64,000 nt of DNA from Squalus acanthias. Lineage: Eukaryota. The notes beneath the pieces are model-generated. The model worked only from the letters and a program-made list of their open reading frames with translations, had not been told where the DNA came from and searched no databases. The translations under genes and the position numbers were made by a program. Positions 23,659-35,702 of this stretch are shown here, piece after piece; position 1 is the first letter of the stretch; every line of letters starts with the position of its first letter. Where the stretch lies: the NCBI GenBank assembly GCA_030390025.1, contig CM059432.1:128776001-128840000 (forward strand), given 5' to 3'.

Positions 23659-24718
23659 TCCTCCGCCTCCTCGCTGCCCCGGTCTGCACTCTCTCAGGAC
23701 TTCCCGCTCGATTTATCCTCCGCCTCCTCGCTGCCCCGGTCTGCGCTCTCTCAGGACTTCCCACTCGATTTATCCTCCGCCTCCTCGCTGCCCCGGTCTG
23801 CGCTCTCTCAGGACTTCCCGCTCGATTTATCCTCCGCCTCCTCGCTGCCCCGGTCTGCGCTCTCTCAGGACTTCCCGCTCGATTTATCCTCTGCCTCCTC
23901 ACTGCCCCGGTCTGCACTCTCTCAGGACTTCCCGCTCGATTTATCCTCCGCCTCCTCGCTGCCCCGGTCTGCACTCTCTCAGGACTTCCCACTCGATTTA
24001 TCCTCCGCCTCCTCGCTGCCCCGGTCTGCACTCTCTCAGGACTTCCCGCTCGATTTATCCTCCGCCTCCTCGCTGCCGTCGCTGCCCCGGTCTGCACTCT
24101 CTCAGGACTTCCCGCTCGATTTATCCTCCGCCTCCTCGCTGCCCCGGTCTGCACTCTCTCAGGACTTCCCGCTCGATTTATCCTCCGCCTCCTCGCTGCC
24201 GTCGCTGCCCCGGTCTGCACTCTCTCAGGACTTCCCGCTCGATTTATCCTCCGCCTCCTCGCTGCCCCGGTCTGCACTCTCTCAGGACTTCCCGCTCGAT
24301 TTATCCTCCGCCTCCTCGCTGCCCCGGTCTGCACTCTCTCAGGACTTCCCGCTCGATTTATCCTCCGCCTCCTCGCTGCCCCGGTCTGCACTCTCTCAGG
24401 ACTTCCCGCTCGATTTATCCTCCGCCTCCTCGCTGCCGTTGCTGCTCCAGTCTGCACTCTCTCAGGTCCTCCCGCTCGATTTATCCTCCGCCTCCTCGCT
24501 GCCGTCGCTGCTCCAGTCTGCACTCTCTCAGGTCCTCCCGCTCGATTTATCCTCCGCCTCCTCGCTGCCGTCACTGCTCCAGTCTGCACTCTCTCAGGTC
24601 CTCCCGCTCGATTTATCCTCCGCCTCCTCGCTGCCGTCGCTGCTCCAGTCTGCACTCTCTCAGGTCCTCCCGCTCGATTTATCCTCCGCCTCCTCGCTGC
24701 CGTCACTGCTCTAGTCTG
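23659..24718. repeat. Tandem array of about 17.5 monomers (57 bp, or 66 bp with a 9-bp insertion) forming the CR1 5' end
   Basis: Unit tcctccgcctcctcgctgccccggtctgcactctctcaggacttcccgctcgattta; 17 full RINRAG/RINRVG repeats counted in the minus-strand ORF. Confidence 0.95.
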
Positions 24719-25515
24719 CAGAGTGGCAGAGAAATTGAGAATGGTGGTTACCTTGTCTGCTACTGAAATGTCCCTGCAGCTTGTCATTCAGAAGGTGGCA
24801 CAGATTGATAACCACCTTTCCTGAACAGCCTCAGCTTTTGTACTAGACTCCATTTAAAGGAGTGATCACTAACACAGAGTGGAAAAGATAGCAATGACAT
24901 CACCTCCCTTATGCTAAAGTTCATTAACTGAGCAACTAATTGCAATACCCCCAATCTAATACAAGATGAACCCAATGTTGTGCTTTTTCCTCCCAGCACT
25001 TACTATTGAGATTGTGGTGAAATTGTTGTTTCCATAAACGGGCCAATTCCTTTATGAACTCAAACCTGTTTCTTCGTTCACTGTTATGCACAGGTTTGTG
25101 AGCCCAGGTTTTACAAATGAACCATTAATCAGAATATGTTGCTTTCTGAGGAACACATGGAATGCCCACCACACCCTTACAACACTTTCCAAGGTAGAAA
25201 ATAACACACCGCCAGACTAATGTGTACAGACTAAAATTAGTTGGTCAGATATATTCTCAGGTGAAATAACATGTAGAAGCAAAAAAAAAGCAAGATACCA
25301 AGGGAGCACTACACCAAATTTACATAATATATGAACTGTATAGAAAATCCGTGGGTTATAAGGCATCTTTTTATTCGGAGAACAAATGATTTATTCTTAA
25401 TAGCCAGGCAATCAAAGTGTTAACCTTTTTTTAAGTGTAGTTGTCTGTTTTTGTCGCTTGACAGAAATTGAAAATGCAACCAATGACATCAGTATATAAA
25501 ATAAATAACTCTTGT

Positions 25516-26000
25516 CAACAACAACAACTTAAATTTATATAGTGCCTTTAACATAGTAAAATGTCCCAAGATGCCTCTCAGGAGTGATAGCAAACAAAAT
25601 TTGACCCCGAGCCACATAAGGAGATATTAGGACAGGTGGTCTGATGCTTGGTCAAAGAGGTAGGTTTTAAGGAGCATCTTAAAGGAGGAGAGAGAGGTAG
25701 AGAGGTTTAGGGAGGGAATTCCAGCGCTTAGGGCCTAGGCAGCTAAAGGCACGGCCGCCAATGGTGGAGTGATTAAAATTGGGGATGTGCAATAGGCCAG
25801 AATTGGAGGAGCGCAGAGATCTCGAAGGCATGTTGGGCTGGAGGAGGTTACAGAGAGAGGGAGGGGCAAGGCCGTGGAGGGATTTGGAAATAAGGATGAG
25901 AATTTTAAAATCGAGGTGTGGATGGACCGGGATCCAATGTAGGTCATCGAGCACAGGGGTGATGGGTGAACGGGATTGGTGCGAGTTAGAGTACGGGCAG
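25516..26000 (-). mobile_element. L2 LINE 3' fragment
   Basis: LHWIPV...FKIL....KSLHGLAP..L, GGRAFS..GP..WNSLP; tail ggcactatataaatttaagttgttgttg. Confidence 0.9.
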
Positions 26001-26128
26001 TTCCTTCAAATAATCATTAATTTGATAAACTTGGAACTCTGACCCAGAAGCATCAGCTGCTGCAGCCATTACGGTTTTCCAAGGAAGTGCTTGGACATTA
26101 TCTCAAGCTAACTGAACACTCTAATGAT

Positions 26129-26763
26129 GGCCCCGATATTGACAGGGGCTGGTTTTCCGAGTGGGGGTGGGGGGTGGAGTTTCGGTTGGGAAACACAGAA
26201 GTCCGGGTTTCCCCACATACTGTGGAGTTAACTCCACGGTGTGTGACTTTTATCTTTAACAGGAAACCGGCCCGGACGTCAGCCTGATTGGGAGCACTCT
26301 GGGGCAGGCCGCAGCCATAGGTAAGGAGCCTACAGCTGCTAGTGGGAGCGTGCGGGGGGGTGGGGGGGGGAATGGGAGGGCTCCAATTCTGGGGGAGTCT
26401 GAACCCCGAACCCAGGAATGGTCTTTGGATGGGGTTTGTCTAATGGGGGAGGGGGTCCAATCCCAGGGGAGGAGGTTAGCTTGGGGGTCTGGGGGGGGAG
26501 GAAGCACTCCTGCTCATCCTGGCCCACAAGCAGTGCTGTAAAGGCACTCACCTTCTCCCCGAAGCTGTCCTCGTCTCCCTTGAGCTGCTGGTTTCCCGCG
26601 GCCTGGGAAACCCGACCAGCCAGGATTGAACCTGTAAAGCAGGTTAAATCAGAGGCTCCCAGCCACATTATAATATTTAAATGGCCAATTTTTAATTTTT
26701 AATTTTGACATCTCACCCGACCCCAACCCACCTGTTTTTGGGGATTAAAATCACCCCCCCTCC
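26129..26763 (-). mobile_element. Harbinger-type MITE (family A)
   Basis: Termini ggccccgatatt / aaaatcacccccccctcc with GAT/GAT TSD; reverse-complement homology to both ends of 33667-35702. Confidence 0.78.
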
Positions 26764-27089
26764 GATATATCTATAATAAATTAAAAGTCTTGCATATAGC
26801 GCATCAATTTCTGTAAGCATCACACTTGCATCCAGTCACACTTCGTTTGTCACACTTTTGCGTGTACTCTGACTCACCGTGAGCGGCACCACATATATAT
26901 TTTATATATACACGCCCTATTATCATTGCCCCCCTCACCTTCCTTTTTGTATTCCCCACACCATTCAATCACTCATCTGGAAGCACAGCCTATTGCCATC
27001 GCACTACCTCAGTCTCTTCATGTGTACTTTTGCCTAATAATGCAACAATTGAATATCTCAATGTAGTACTGTGCTAATAGATTGCGCTA

Positions 27090-27193
27090 TCAGCTGTGGC
27101 CCAGTGGTAGCACTGTCGCCTTTTAGTCAGAGCTTTTTGGGATGTCTTGAGGTTGTGACAGGTGCTATAAAAATTGCAATGTTTTCTTTCTTT
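27090..27193 (+). mobile_element. Internally deleted DeuSINE (head joined to L2-type tail)
   Basis: tcagctgtggcccagtggtagcac head followed by gggatgtcttgaggttgtgacaggtgctataaaaattgcaa tail. Confidence 0.55.
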
Positions 27194-27203
27194 AAAACGT
27201 ATC

Positions 27204-28041
27204 AGCCTTGAAGAACGGGCGCTACGTGGACTACGAAGGCCCCAATATAATGGGCAGGAAGTGTGTGCAAATTTCCGGCCGGAAGTGCACGGCCTGTTAT
27301 ATTGAGTAAGGGCAAACAAGAGCCGCCATTTAGCCATATGCAAAGGGTCTAACACCTGTTTGAGGTCCCCTCTCCAAGAGTGATTTTCCCCGAGGCAGCC
27401 ATCGCCATCGCCGGCTGCATTCAGGGAAACTAGGCCTAGGGGCCGCCTGCCACTCAAGAACGTAAGTAGCTCACCTGAATGTGGAGCTGGGAGGAGCAGG
27501 AATACTCCTGACCAATGTTTACTATAAGGTGCGCGGCCGCGGGGCCGGGCCGCGCAGTCCCTTAAAGTGGCTGCGCACCCAAAAAAAAATAAGAGGGAAC
27601 ATTGCTCCTGACCCCACATTAAATAAACCGATTGCCTCCTGGCGCCGACCCCTGACCCTGACCTCGGACCCCACTCCACCCAACCCCGACCCCCAATCTA
27701 CCCTTCTCCTGACACCCGATCTTCTCCGCTCCCGGCCCTGACAGCCGACCTCCCCCGCTTCTGGCCCCGATCCCTGATTGCCTGGCCCTGACCTCTGATC
27801 TTCACTGATCCTGGCTTCGACTCCCCTGATCCCAGGCTCCGTGACCCCCCAAACACTGGCCCTGTGTTCCCTTCCCGCCGATCCCCAGCCCTATGAACTC
27901 AGGACCCTCTTAACTTGGCCCCCGGCCCAGCATTACCTGCCATTCCCCTCCCCAATATTTGGGGAGCCTTGGGCCACAGCATTCAGGCACAGGGAATGTT
28001 CCCTGCTCGGTCAAAAATAGGCGCACCCAAATTTCTGGGCC
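27204..28041 (+). mobile_element. Harbinger-type MITE (family D) with C-rich gatc tract
   Basis: Ends aaatttctgggcc; possible ATC/ATC TSD; ccggaagt..ac...ctg..atatt segment shared with 57953-58984. Confidence 0.55.
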
Positions 28042-29094
28042 ATCATGTTTTAACCAAACATACAAACTTATTTTACTTTCAGGAACACAATTAAGTAATA
28101 CAACATTGTGGCTTACTGCTACAAGTTGCAATATTAAACCTCCAGCTTCCCATTTCCATTGATCTACCTGTCATTATTAAGTTAGTTTAATGAATTGAAT
28201 TCCTTCCAACCATTCATCTATGTATAATTATTCTGTCAATCTCATAAATTCATTAGTGCAATAGAGGGGAAATGATTAGGATGAAATGTGTAATTAGAGG
28301 ACTGGAAATGGAGTACAATGTACTTTTAAAATAACTATTCTCATAAATAAATATTATTCTAAACCTTATAGACCAATAAAAGGCCCAGGAAAAGATATAT
28401 TATGGCTTTCATTACTGTCGGTGATGTTATTGTCTGAATGCTTAATGCACTTATGCCAAATTTCTCTCTCTGCTGGTTAAAGTTGCCATTAACATAGCGG
28501 AGAGAGGAATTTGGAATGAATGCATTCATATGACAGTATCGCTGACAATCATTTCTTCCCCATGGGGTAAATGTTTATCTTCTGTTCTGCTAACGCAGAG
28601 CTTTGAGCATCAAAGCACATATTGGAAATTGTGCTGGGAGTGCAGATTTATAAAACTATCCGTCTGATCTCTAGACTGTTGCTCCTAATGAAAAATGTTT
28701 ATGTGTGCACATCGAGTGAGGGCAGGCTTGGACATGGGTGTGATGTTCCCCAATAGTGGGAGGGCTGAAGGCGAACATTTCCCCCTATTTGGCTGGGAGT
28801 ACAACTGAGGAGCTCAAAGACTCCAGATACATTACAGGAAACAAATATTGGTGTGGCCTATCACCAGGTCAACTTTGGCTTCCTACCTATTCTTTAGTAT
28901 TAAGGGCTGGTCAACAGGGGCAAACATTATAATGGCCTACCATAACATTTCCATAGGTATTGCATTACTTAACACACAACCACTGATTACAATGTTCTAC
29001 CAAGTCACCTGAACAGTAAAATGGTCAATGAATACAGGAAATGCCAACACACTTAACTATGGGCAATTAAAGCACTGAGCAAACAGTATTGTAT

Positions 29095-29630
29095 CACGAG
29101 GTGATGAAGGTCATGGTCAAAGAGGTCATGTTTTATTAGAGCCGTCAAGGCTGGATGATGGTTTCAGCACTGGTGGGAGTAAGGTAAGTGCTGAGATAGG
29201 TGATCTTGCAGAGGTGTAAATAGGCAGGGTTGGTAAGGAACATTAGGTTGAGCACCATAAGGTTCAGCCTGAGCAAGCAGCCATGGAGCGAGATGGAATT
29301 GGGACAAGTTGATGGTGTTTTTGGCAGGAGGCAAACAGGGTGGCTATGCTTTTTCAGGTGTTAAGTTGGAGAAACTTGATGTTGGTGACTCAGACAACAC
29401 AGCGGGTGGTGGCACAGAGGTAGAGGTGGGTGCCATCAGTATACAGGTGGAAGCCAACCTCACGCCTATGAATGATGTTGCCAAGGTTCGCCATTTAGAC
29501 AAAGAGAAGGGAGTCGAGGATGGAACCTCGAGGAGAAGACATTACAGGAGATTGTAAGAAGAGACCAGCAGGTAACAGCATAGGTACAGTTGTGCAGAGT
29601 GGATGCAGGCTGGAGCTAGTCACCTCACAG
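29095..29630 (-). mobile_element. Highly degraded L2 fragment
   Basis: Similar in order to the L2 at 52980-53680 (ggtcaaagagg, ggtttcagca, gccatcagtatacaggtggaagc, gatgttgccaagg). Confidence 0.55.
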
Positions 29631-30579
29631 TGACATGAACACATTTAAAGTTATTAATAGCTGAGTTTCAAACTTAATGCATTATAGTACTGTAGATCTA
29701 AAAAGTTTAACAGTATAGTGGGATTGTACTTGATAAATTTTTTTAATATAGAAAAATATATGTCTTGTTGTGGTGGTTGATTACCCTTAGCCAGTATACA
29801 ACTTTAATATGTATTGATTTTACCATGTTAATGAAATGCTGTACTCGGTATAGAATAACAGTTGGGTTGAAGTGCTACAGGGTAGTGACACAATCAAAGG
29901 ATATTGATTGAGGACATCATAAGCCTCAAGAGCAAAGCTAGAGTGGTTTATATGAGCAATCAGTGCATGAGATTATGTTACTGTCCATAACTCATATCAG
30001 CCCACCATAATACAGGTGCCTTGGGCTCGGTTAACCGCCCATTCATAGCCAATGGACAGAAAATCTAGCCTATATATATTATTAGTGACAGGTGCTTAGA
30101 GGACTGTTCAGTCTGTCAGTGCTTGCGATAAGAGTCAGTTGAGTCATGGCACAGGATGAGAAGTGTGATGAAAATCCTCAGCTTTATCAAATTATGTAAT
30201 AGGAAATAGAAATAGGTTTGCTGCTGTTTTCCTGAAAACTGACACAGGGAACTTATGTTACTTTTGCGATGGTCAGAATTCCTTGCAGACTACAATTGGC
30301 TTCAGCGTCCCTGAGCTCAGAAGCATAAAAATCAGTTATACTTTCTGCCCCAGATTCTATCCACTGACCCCTGCTGGAAAGTATATTTGTGTGAACATTG
30401 TCGGGACAGGACTGAGCTCAGTTGTGATGCTCTATTGTTAAATAGCACATTGAACTCTCAATAATAAAGTATATAGGCTCTGTTCTAAATTTGAGTCTGT
30501 AGTAGATACCTTCCATGATTCAGTGGAGCTAGTCACTCCTTTAAACGGTCTGAAAGTGGGAGTTGACTCACAAAGGCCC

Positions 30580-31225
30580 AGAAACTTAACTGGACCAGCC
30601 ACATAAATACTGTGGCAACAAGAGCAGGTCAGAGCTGGGTACTCTGTGGCGAGTGTCTCACCTCCTGACTCCCCAAAGCCTTTCCACCATCTACAAGGCA
30701 CAAGTAAGGAGTGTGATGGAATACTCTCCACTTGCCTGGATGAGTGCAGCTCCAACAACACTCAAGAAGCTCGACACCATCCAGGACAAAGCAGCCCGCT
30801 TGATTGGCACCCAATCCACCGCCTTAAACATTCACTCCCTCCACCACTGGCGTACCGTGGCTGCAGTGTGTACCATCTACAAGATGCACTGCAGCAACTC
30901 ACCAAGGCTTCTTAGGCAGCACCTCCCAAACCCGCGACCTCTTCCACCTAGAAGGACAAGGGCAGCGGGCACATGGGAACACCACCACCTCCAAGTTCCC
31001 CTCCAAGTCACACACCATCCTGACTTGGAAATATATCGCCAGTCCTTCATCGTCGCTGGGTCAAAATCCTGGAACTCCCTCCCTAACAGCACTGTGGGAG
31101 TACCATCACAACACAGACTGCAGCGGTTCAAGAAGGCAGCTCACCACCACCTTCTCAAGGGCAATTAGGGATGGGCAATAAATGCTGGCCTTGCCAGCGA
31201 CGCCCACATCCCATAAAAAATGAAT
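30580..31225 (+). mobile_element. CR1-group LINE 3' fragment
   Basis: YKAQVRSVMEYSPLAW...SWNSLP...FKKAAHHHLLKGN*; tail caagggcaattagggatgggcaataaatgctggcc. Confidence 0.92.
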
Positions 31226-31449
31226 TAAATTTTTTTTTAATATGGCCTGTACGACAGTGTAACCTGGTGGTCTCATATTTATGTCTTTCACACAGATGCT
31301 TCTTCAATCACTTAGAAAGTGGGCCAAGCAAACACTTGGTGAATTGAGGCTTCCTATGAATGTGAGACAGTCCAACAAATTGCTCATTAAGGGGAAACAA
31401 CATCAACTCTAAATCATTAGCATCTCAAAGCTTCTCTCTGAGAAAACAC

Positions 31450-32700
31450 CGAAATTCAGCTCCTTTGTGCACATTTTTTGGTGCTACAGGTGCCGATTTG
31501 GGTCCAAAATGGCGTCCAAGGAGCGCACGCACACTTCTGGTGCGGGCCACGCTGGTTGCCATTTTGGGTAGGTCGTTGGCACGGGCGCTGGGAACGTGCA
31601 CTGGAAGTATGCAGAGTACGCAGATCGTGACGTGATTTGACCCCAGCGCTGCCATTTTCGACCTCGATGCTAGAGCTAACACCCTCCCTTAACGTTGCAT
31701 AGCTGAACATGCAGTCAGCAGCAGGAAGGACCCCTCCACCCCACCAGTGCTAGTTAAAGGGATCATCACCTGCTTTCAGGTTAGTTGCTGATTGCTTTCT
31801 ACTGGCTCTTGGTGAGTTTGTAGAGGTGTTTCTTGGTTTGGTGTCTTATTCAAAGTTGCTGAAGTCTCCAGCAAGTGGTGTGGCAGGTTACTTCAAGGCT
31901 TTTGCTCAGACCAGTTGCTCCCAGACATGGGTGCTGTAGTTTGTATCCCCCTTGGCCTGCAGCATGACAGGGAGAATGAGCAGAGGTGACACAAAGGAGG
32001 ACAAGCTGCTCGAAGAGGGAGGAGGAGGAGGGGGAGAAGGGCTCTCAGCAGGAGGCCCTTGTCGCCCAGTAGCCACCTTCTGGTTTGTCATGGTGGCTCA
32101 AATGCAGATGGTACAGCAGACAGCCGTAGAATGAGGGCATCATGGCTGTGGGAGGCACAGTGCTGCCAGGATACCAAGCATTGACCTGCATGGTACGCTG
32201 AGTATGGTCGCACACCAGCTGAACATTGAGGGAGTGGAATCCCTTCCGGTTGCAGTACATCTCCGAATTCCGCTGCCTGGAGGAGCCCTGCAGTACTCAC
32301 CAGAGCACATCTCAAGATTCGTCATGGTCCGCCACATGCTCCATAACCTCGCCATCATGAGGGCACAGCCCTTGCCACCACATATATGGCAAAGAGCTGA
32401 GTAAAAGGAGGAGGAGGAGGAGGAAGAGGAAGGGGAGGAGGAGAAGGAGGAGGAGGAGGAAGAGGAGGCAACCAACACAGCCCCATCCTGGCCGGTCTGT
32501 CCATGATCGACTCATTCGACTGCGGTACCAGTGAATGCAACCCCAATTCCCCATTCACCCACAATCCCACACCTCTATTCTGTCTGTTACTGACCTTCGC
32601 AGCGTCCTCTTGGCCACAATGCTACAATAAAAGCCACCACAAAACAAACATTCCAACCATCCAATATTACATTCCAAAGTCAACTAATCACCTTTGTGTA
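31450..32700 (+). mobile_element. Internally deleted and rearranged Harbinger derivative
   Basis: Plus strand: N-terminal [12 protein letters not shown] (about 32015-32060) and C-terminal GGALQYSPE...MLHNLA plus acidic tract (32275-32533). Minus strand: core [33 protein letters not shown] (about 32055-32262). Confidence 0.82.
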
Positions 32701-33666
32701 AACGCTTAGATTTCATAATTTAAGATCAAACTACTGAACATTTAGATATGCTTGCGATAATCAAGGACAGCCAGCAAGGATTTATTAATGGCAAGTCGTG
32801 TTTGGGAAGGTCAAGGTCCGTAATTGCATTGGAGCTGCTCACGACCCACCGCCCCAACGCTTAAGCAGAAATATCTTTTCAAAGCAGAAGTTGTTCCAGT
32901 CAATAGAAAAGGCCATTAGGACTCATTCATCCCTTTTTGATAGATTGACCCCCACCATCTCGCCATATCCCTAAATCACTTCTCTCCAAAATCACATTCA
33001 ATCAACCATATATACCGCCCGACTTATTTATGCAAGTTAATGTGTCCTGCTGATGTCTGCCAGGTACTATAGATTCCAGCATAGTTTGACTGAGAGCGGA
33101 TAAATATTTCAAGCAGAGGAAGATACAAGGCTGTGGGGACAGAACAGGGCAGCGGGGTTCGTTTTAGGTTGCGCTTGCAAAGAGCTGGCACTGATATAAC
33201 TGGTTGAATGGCCTCCTTCTGGGCTGTAAACTTCCATGGACCTCTGGAGTGTTGTCTTTTTAAAGCTGCTGAGTTGCGCTCTGCTCTCTCCTAACCAAAT
33301 ATAATAACTTAGGAAAAAATGTAAAGAACAAAAAAATAATTTAAAAGGCCAATGTTAGCCTTCATCGCAAGGGGGCTGGAATACAAAAGGGTGGAAGTTA
33401 TGCTACAGCTGTACAGAGCTCTGGTTAGACCCCATCTGGAGTAACTGTGTTCAGTTCTGGGCCCCATACCTCAGGAAGGATATATTGGCCTTGGAGGGGG
33501 TGCAACACAGATTCACCAGAATGATACCAGGGCTAAAAGGGTTAAATTATGAGGACAGGTTGCATAGACTGGGCTTGTATTCCCTTGAGTATAGAAGATT
33601 AAGGGGTGGTCTAATTGAGGTGTTTAAGATGATCGAAGGAGCTAATTGGGTGGTTAGAGAAAAAGA

Positions 33667-35702
33667 GGGTAATTTTAACCCCCAAAAGTGGGTGGGTTTG
33701 GTTCGGGTGGAAGATTAAAATGTTAAAAATCAGAAACAGGAACCAAACCCGCCTTGAACCCACCCACTTCTGGTTTTAACGGAGGCGGGATGACGGGCGG
33801 GTGACCAATCTGCTCCCAGGAGGCGGGTTGGTTGTTCAAACTTGTTAAGGAGGCTGCGTTCCTCCATTTTTACGGGGTTTCTATTTTCAAACCATGTTGG
33901 ACGGGTTTCCCGGGCCTCAGGAAACCCGGTAGGTAAAAGGAGGCGTCAATCAGAAGGATCCATCAGGTAAGTGCCTTTACAGCACTGCTTGTGGGCCAGG
34001 AGGAGCAGGCGAGTTTCTCCACGGCACAACAAGCTTACCCTGTAAACCTCCCCCCCCCCAGCCCCCGCGATCTGTCCTCCCCCCACCCCCCCTCCCCCAC
34101 CCCTCGCGATCTGTCCTCCCCCCACGCCCGTGATCTGTCCTACCCTCCCCCCCTCCCCGTGATCTGTGCTACCCTCCCCCACCCCCCACCCCCCGCGATC
34201 TGTCCTCCCCCCACGCCCGTGATCTGTCCTACCCTCCCCCCCCTCCCCGTGATCTGTGCTACCCTCCCCCACCCCCCACCCCCCGCGATCTGTCCTACCC
34301 CCCTCCCCCCCACCCCCCGCGATCTGTCCTACCCCCCCTTCCCCCCCTCCCCCCACCCCCCGTGATCTGTCCTACCCTCCCCCCCCCAACGATCTGTCCT
34401 ACCCCCCTCCCCCCCACCCCCCGTGATCTGTCCTACCCCCCTCCCCCCTCCCCCCACCCCCGGTGATCTGTCCTACCCCCCCTCCCCCCCACCCCCCGTG
34501 ATCTGTCCTACCCCCCTCCCCCCACCCCCCGTGATCTGTCCTACCCTCCCCCCACCCCCCACCCCCCACCCCCCGCGATCTGTCCTACCCTCCCCCCCCC
34601 CCCCACCCCCTGTGATCTGTCCTCCCCCCTCCCCCCACCCCCCGTGATCTGTCCTACCCTCCCCCCCTCCCCCCACCCCCGTGATCTGTCCTACCCTCCC
34701 CCCTCCCCCCACCTCCCGTGATCTGTCCTACCCTCCCCCCCTCCCCCCACCCCCTGTGATCTGTCCTCCCCCCCCTCCCCCCACCCCCTGTGATCTGTCC
34801 TCCCCCCTCTCCCCACCCCCCGTGATCTGTCCTCCCCCCGCCCCCCTCCCCCCACCCCCTGTGATCTGTCCTCCCCCTGCCCCCCTCCCCCACCCCCTGT
34901 GATCTGTCCTCCCCCCTCTCCCCACCCCCGTGATCTGTCCTCCCCCCGCCCCCCCTCCCCCCACCCCCTGTGATCTGTCCTCCCCCCTCTCCCCAACCCC
35001 CGTGATATGTCCTCCCCCCGCCCCCCTCCCCCCACCCCCTGTGATCTGTCCTCCCCCGCCCCCCTCCCCCCACCCCCCGTGATCTGTCCTCCCCCCTCTC
35101 CCCACCCCCCGTGATCTGTCCTCCCCCCGCCCCCCTCCCCCCACCCCCTGCGATCTGTCCTCCCCCCGCCCCCCTCCCCCACCCCCTGTGATCTGTCCTC
35201 CCCCCGCCCCCCTCCCCCCCACCCCCTGTGATCTGTCCTCCCCCCACCCCCTTTGATCTCCCCTCCCCCGCCCCACTCCTCCCACCTCCCATGAGCTGTC
35301 CTACCCCGCCCCCTCCCCCCACCCCCCACGATCTCCCCACCCGACCCCCCCCCAACCAATCAACAATCCCCCCCGATCGCCCCCCTCCCGGCCACCCCGC
35401 TGTGATCACTGAACCCCCGATCTCCCCTGAGATCCCTCCGACACCCGCCCCGCGATCTCTACAACCACAAAACTGATCCTGGGCTGCAGCCTTTTCTGGA
35501 GCCCTCCTCGCCAGACAGGCAGCCAAGCCTGTCAGTCAGCCTGGCTTCCAGGCAGAGAACCCATTTTAACAAAAAACACAAGCACGCCGTGGAGTTAAAA
35601 CTCCATGCTGTTCTGGGAAACCCGCACTTCCGGGATTCCCGACAGAAACACTTTCCACCCCCAGCCCCACTCCGAACCACTGCCCCAGGGAATATCGCGG
35701 CC
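33667..35702 (+). mobile_element. Harbinger-type MITE (family A) with expanded minisatellite
   Basis: Clean insertion into CR1 coding sequence. Termini gggtaattttaacc / aatatcgcggcc; 3-bp TSD AGA (or AAA/AGA if the start is 2 nt earlier). Confidence 0.85.
34050..35270. repeat. C-rich minisatellite anchored on gtgatctgtcct, variable unit of about 28-45 bp
   Basis: Dozens of gatctgtcct motifs separated by C runs. Confidence 0.93.

Larger units (their letters stand above)
20116..24718 (-). mobile_element. Near full-length CR1 LINE (tandem 5' UTR, ORF1, ORF2, microsatellite tail), internally deleted and frameshifted
   Basis: Order on the minus strand: tandem array, Cys-rich/leucine-zipper ORF1 N-terminus, SGNH esterase domain, APE endonuclease, RT, then an (attctatg)n tail at about 20116-20137. 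Confidence 0.93.

Noticed and set aside
23659..24718. Possible CRISPR-like array
   Set aside because: Head-to-tail units with no unique spacers, no cas genes and a eukaryotic context.
23570..24824. Two roughly 400-aa ORFs on opposite strands (Arg-rich and Leu-rich repeats)
   Set aside because: Units of 57 and 66 bp are multiples of 3 and stop-free, so long ORFs arise automatically. Both have non-ATG starts and lie in a CR1 5' UTR.
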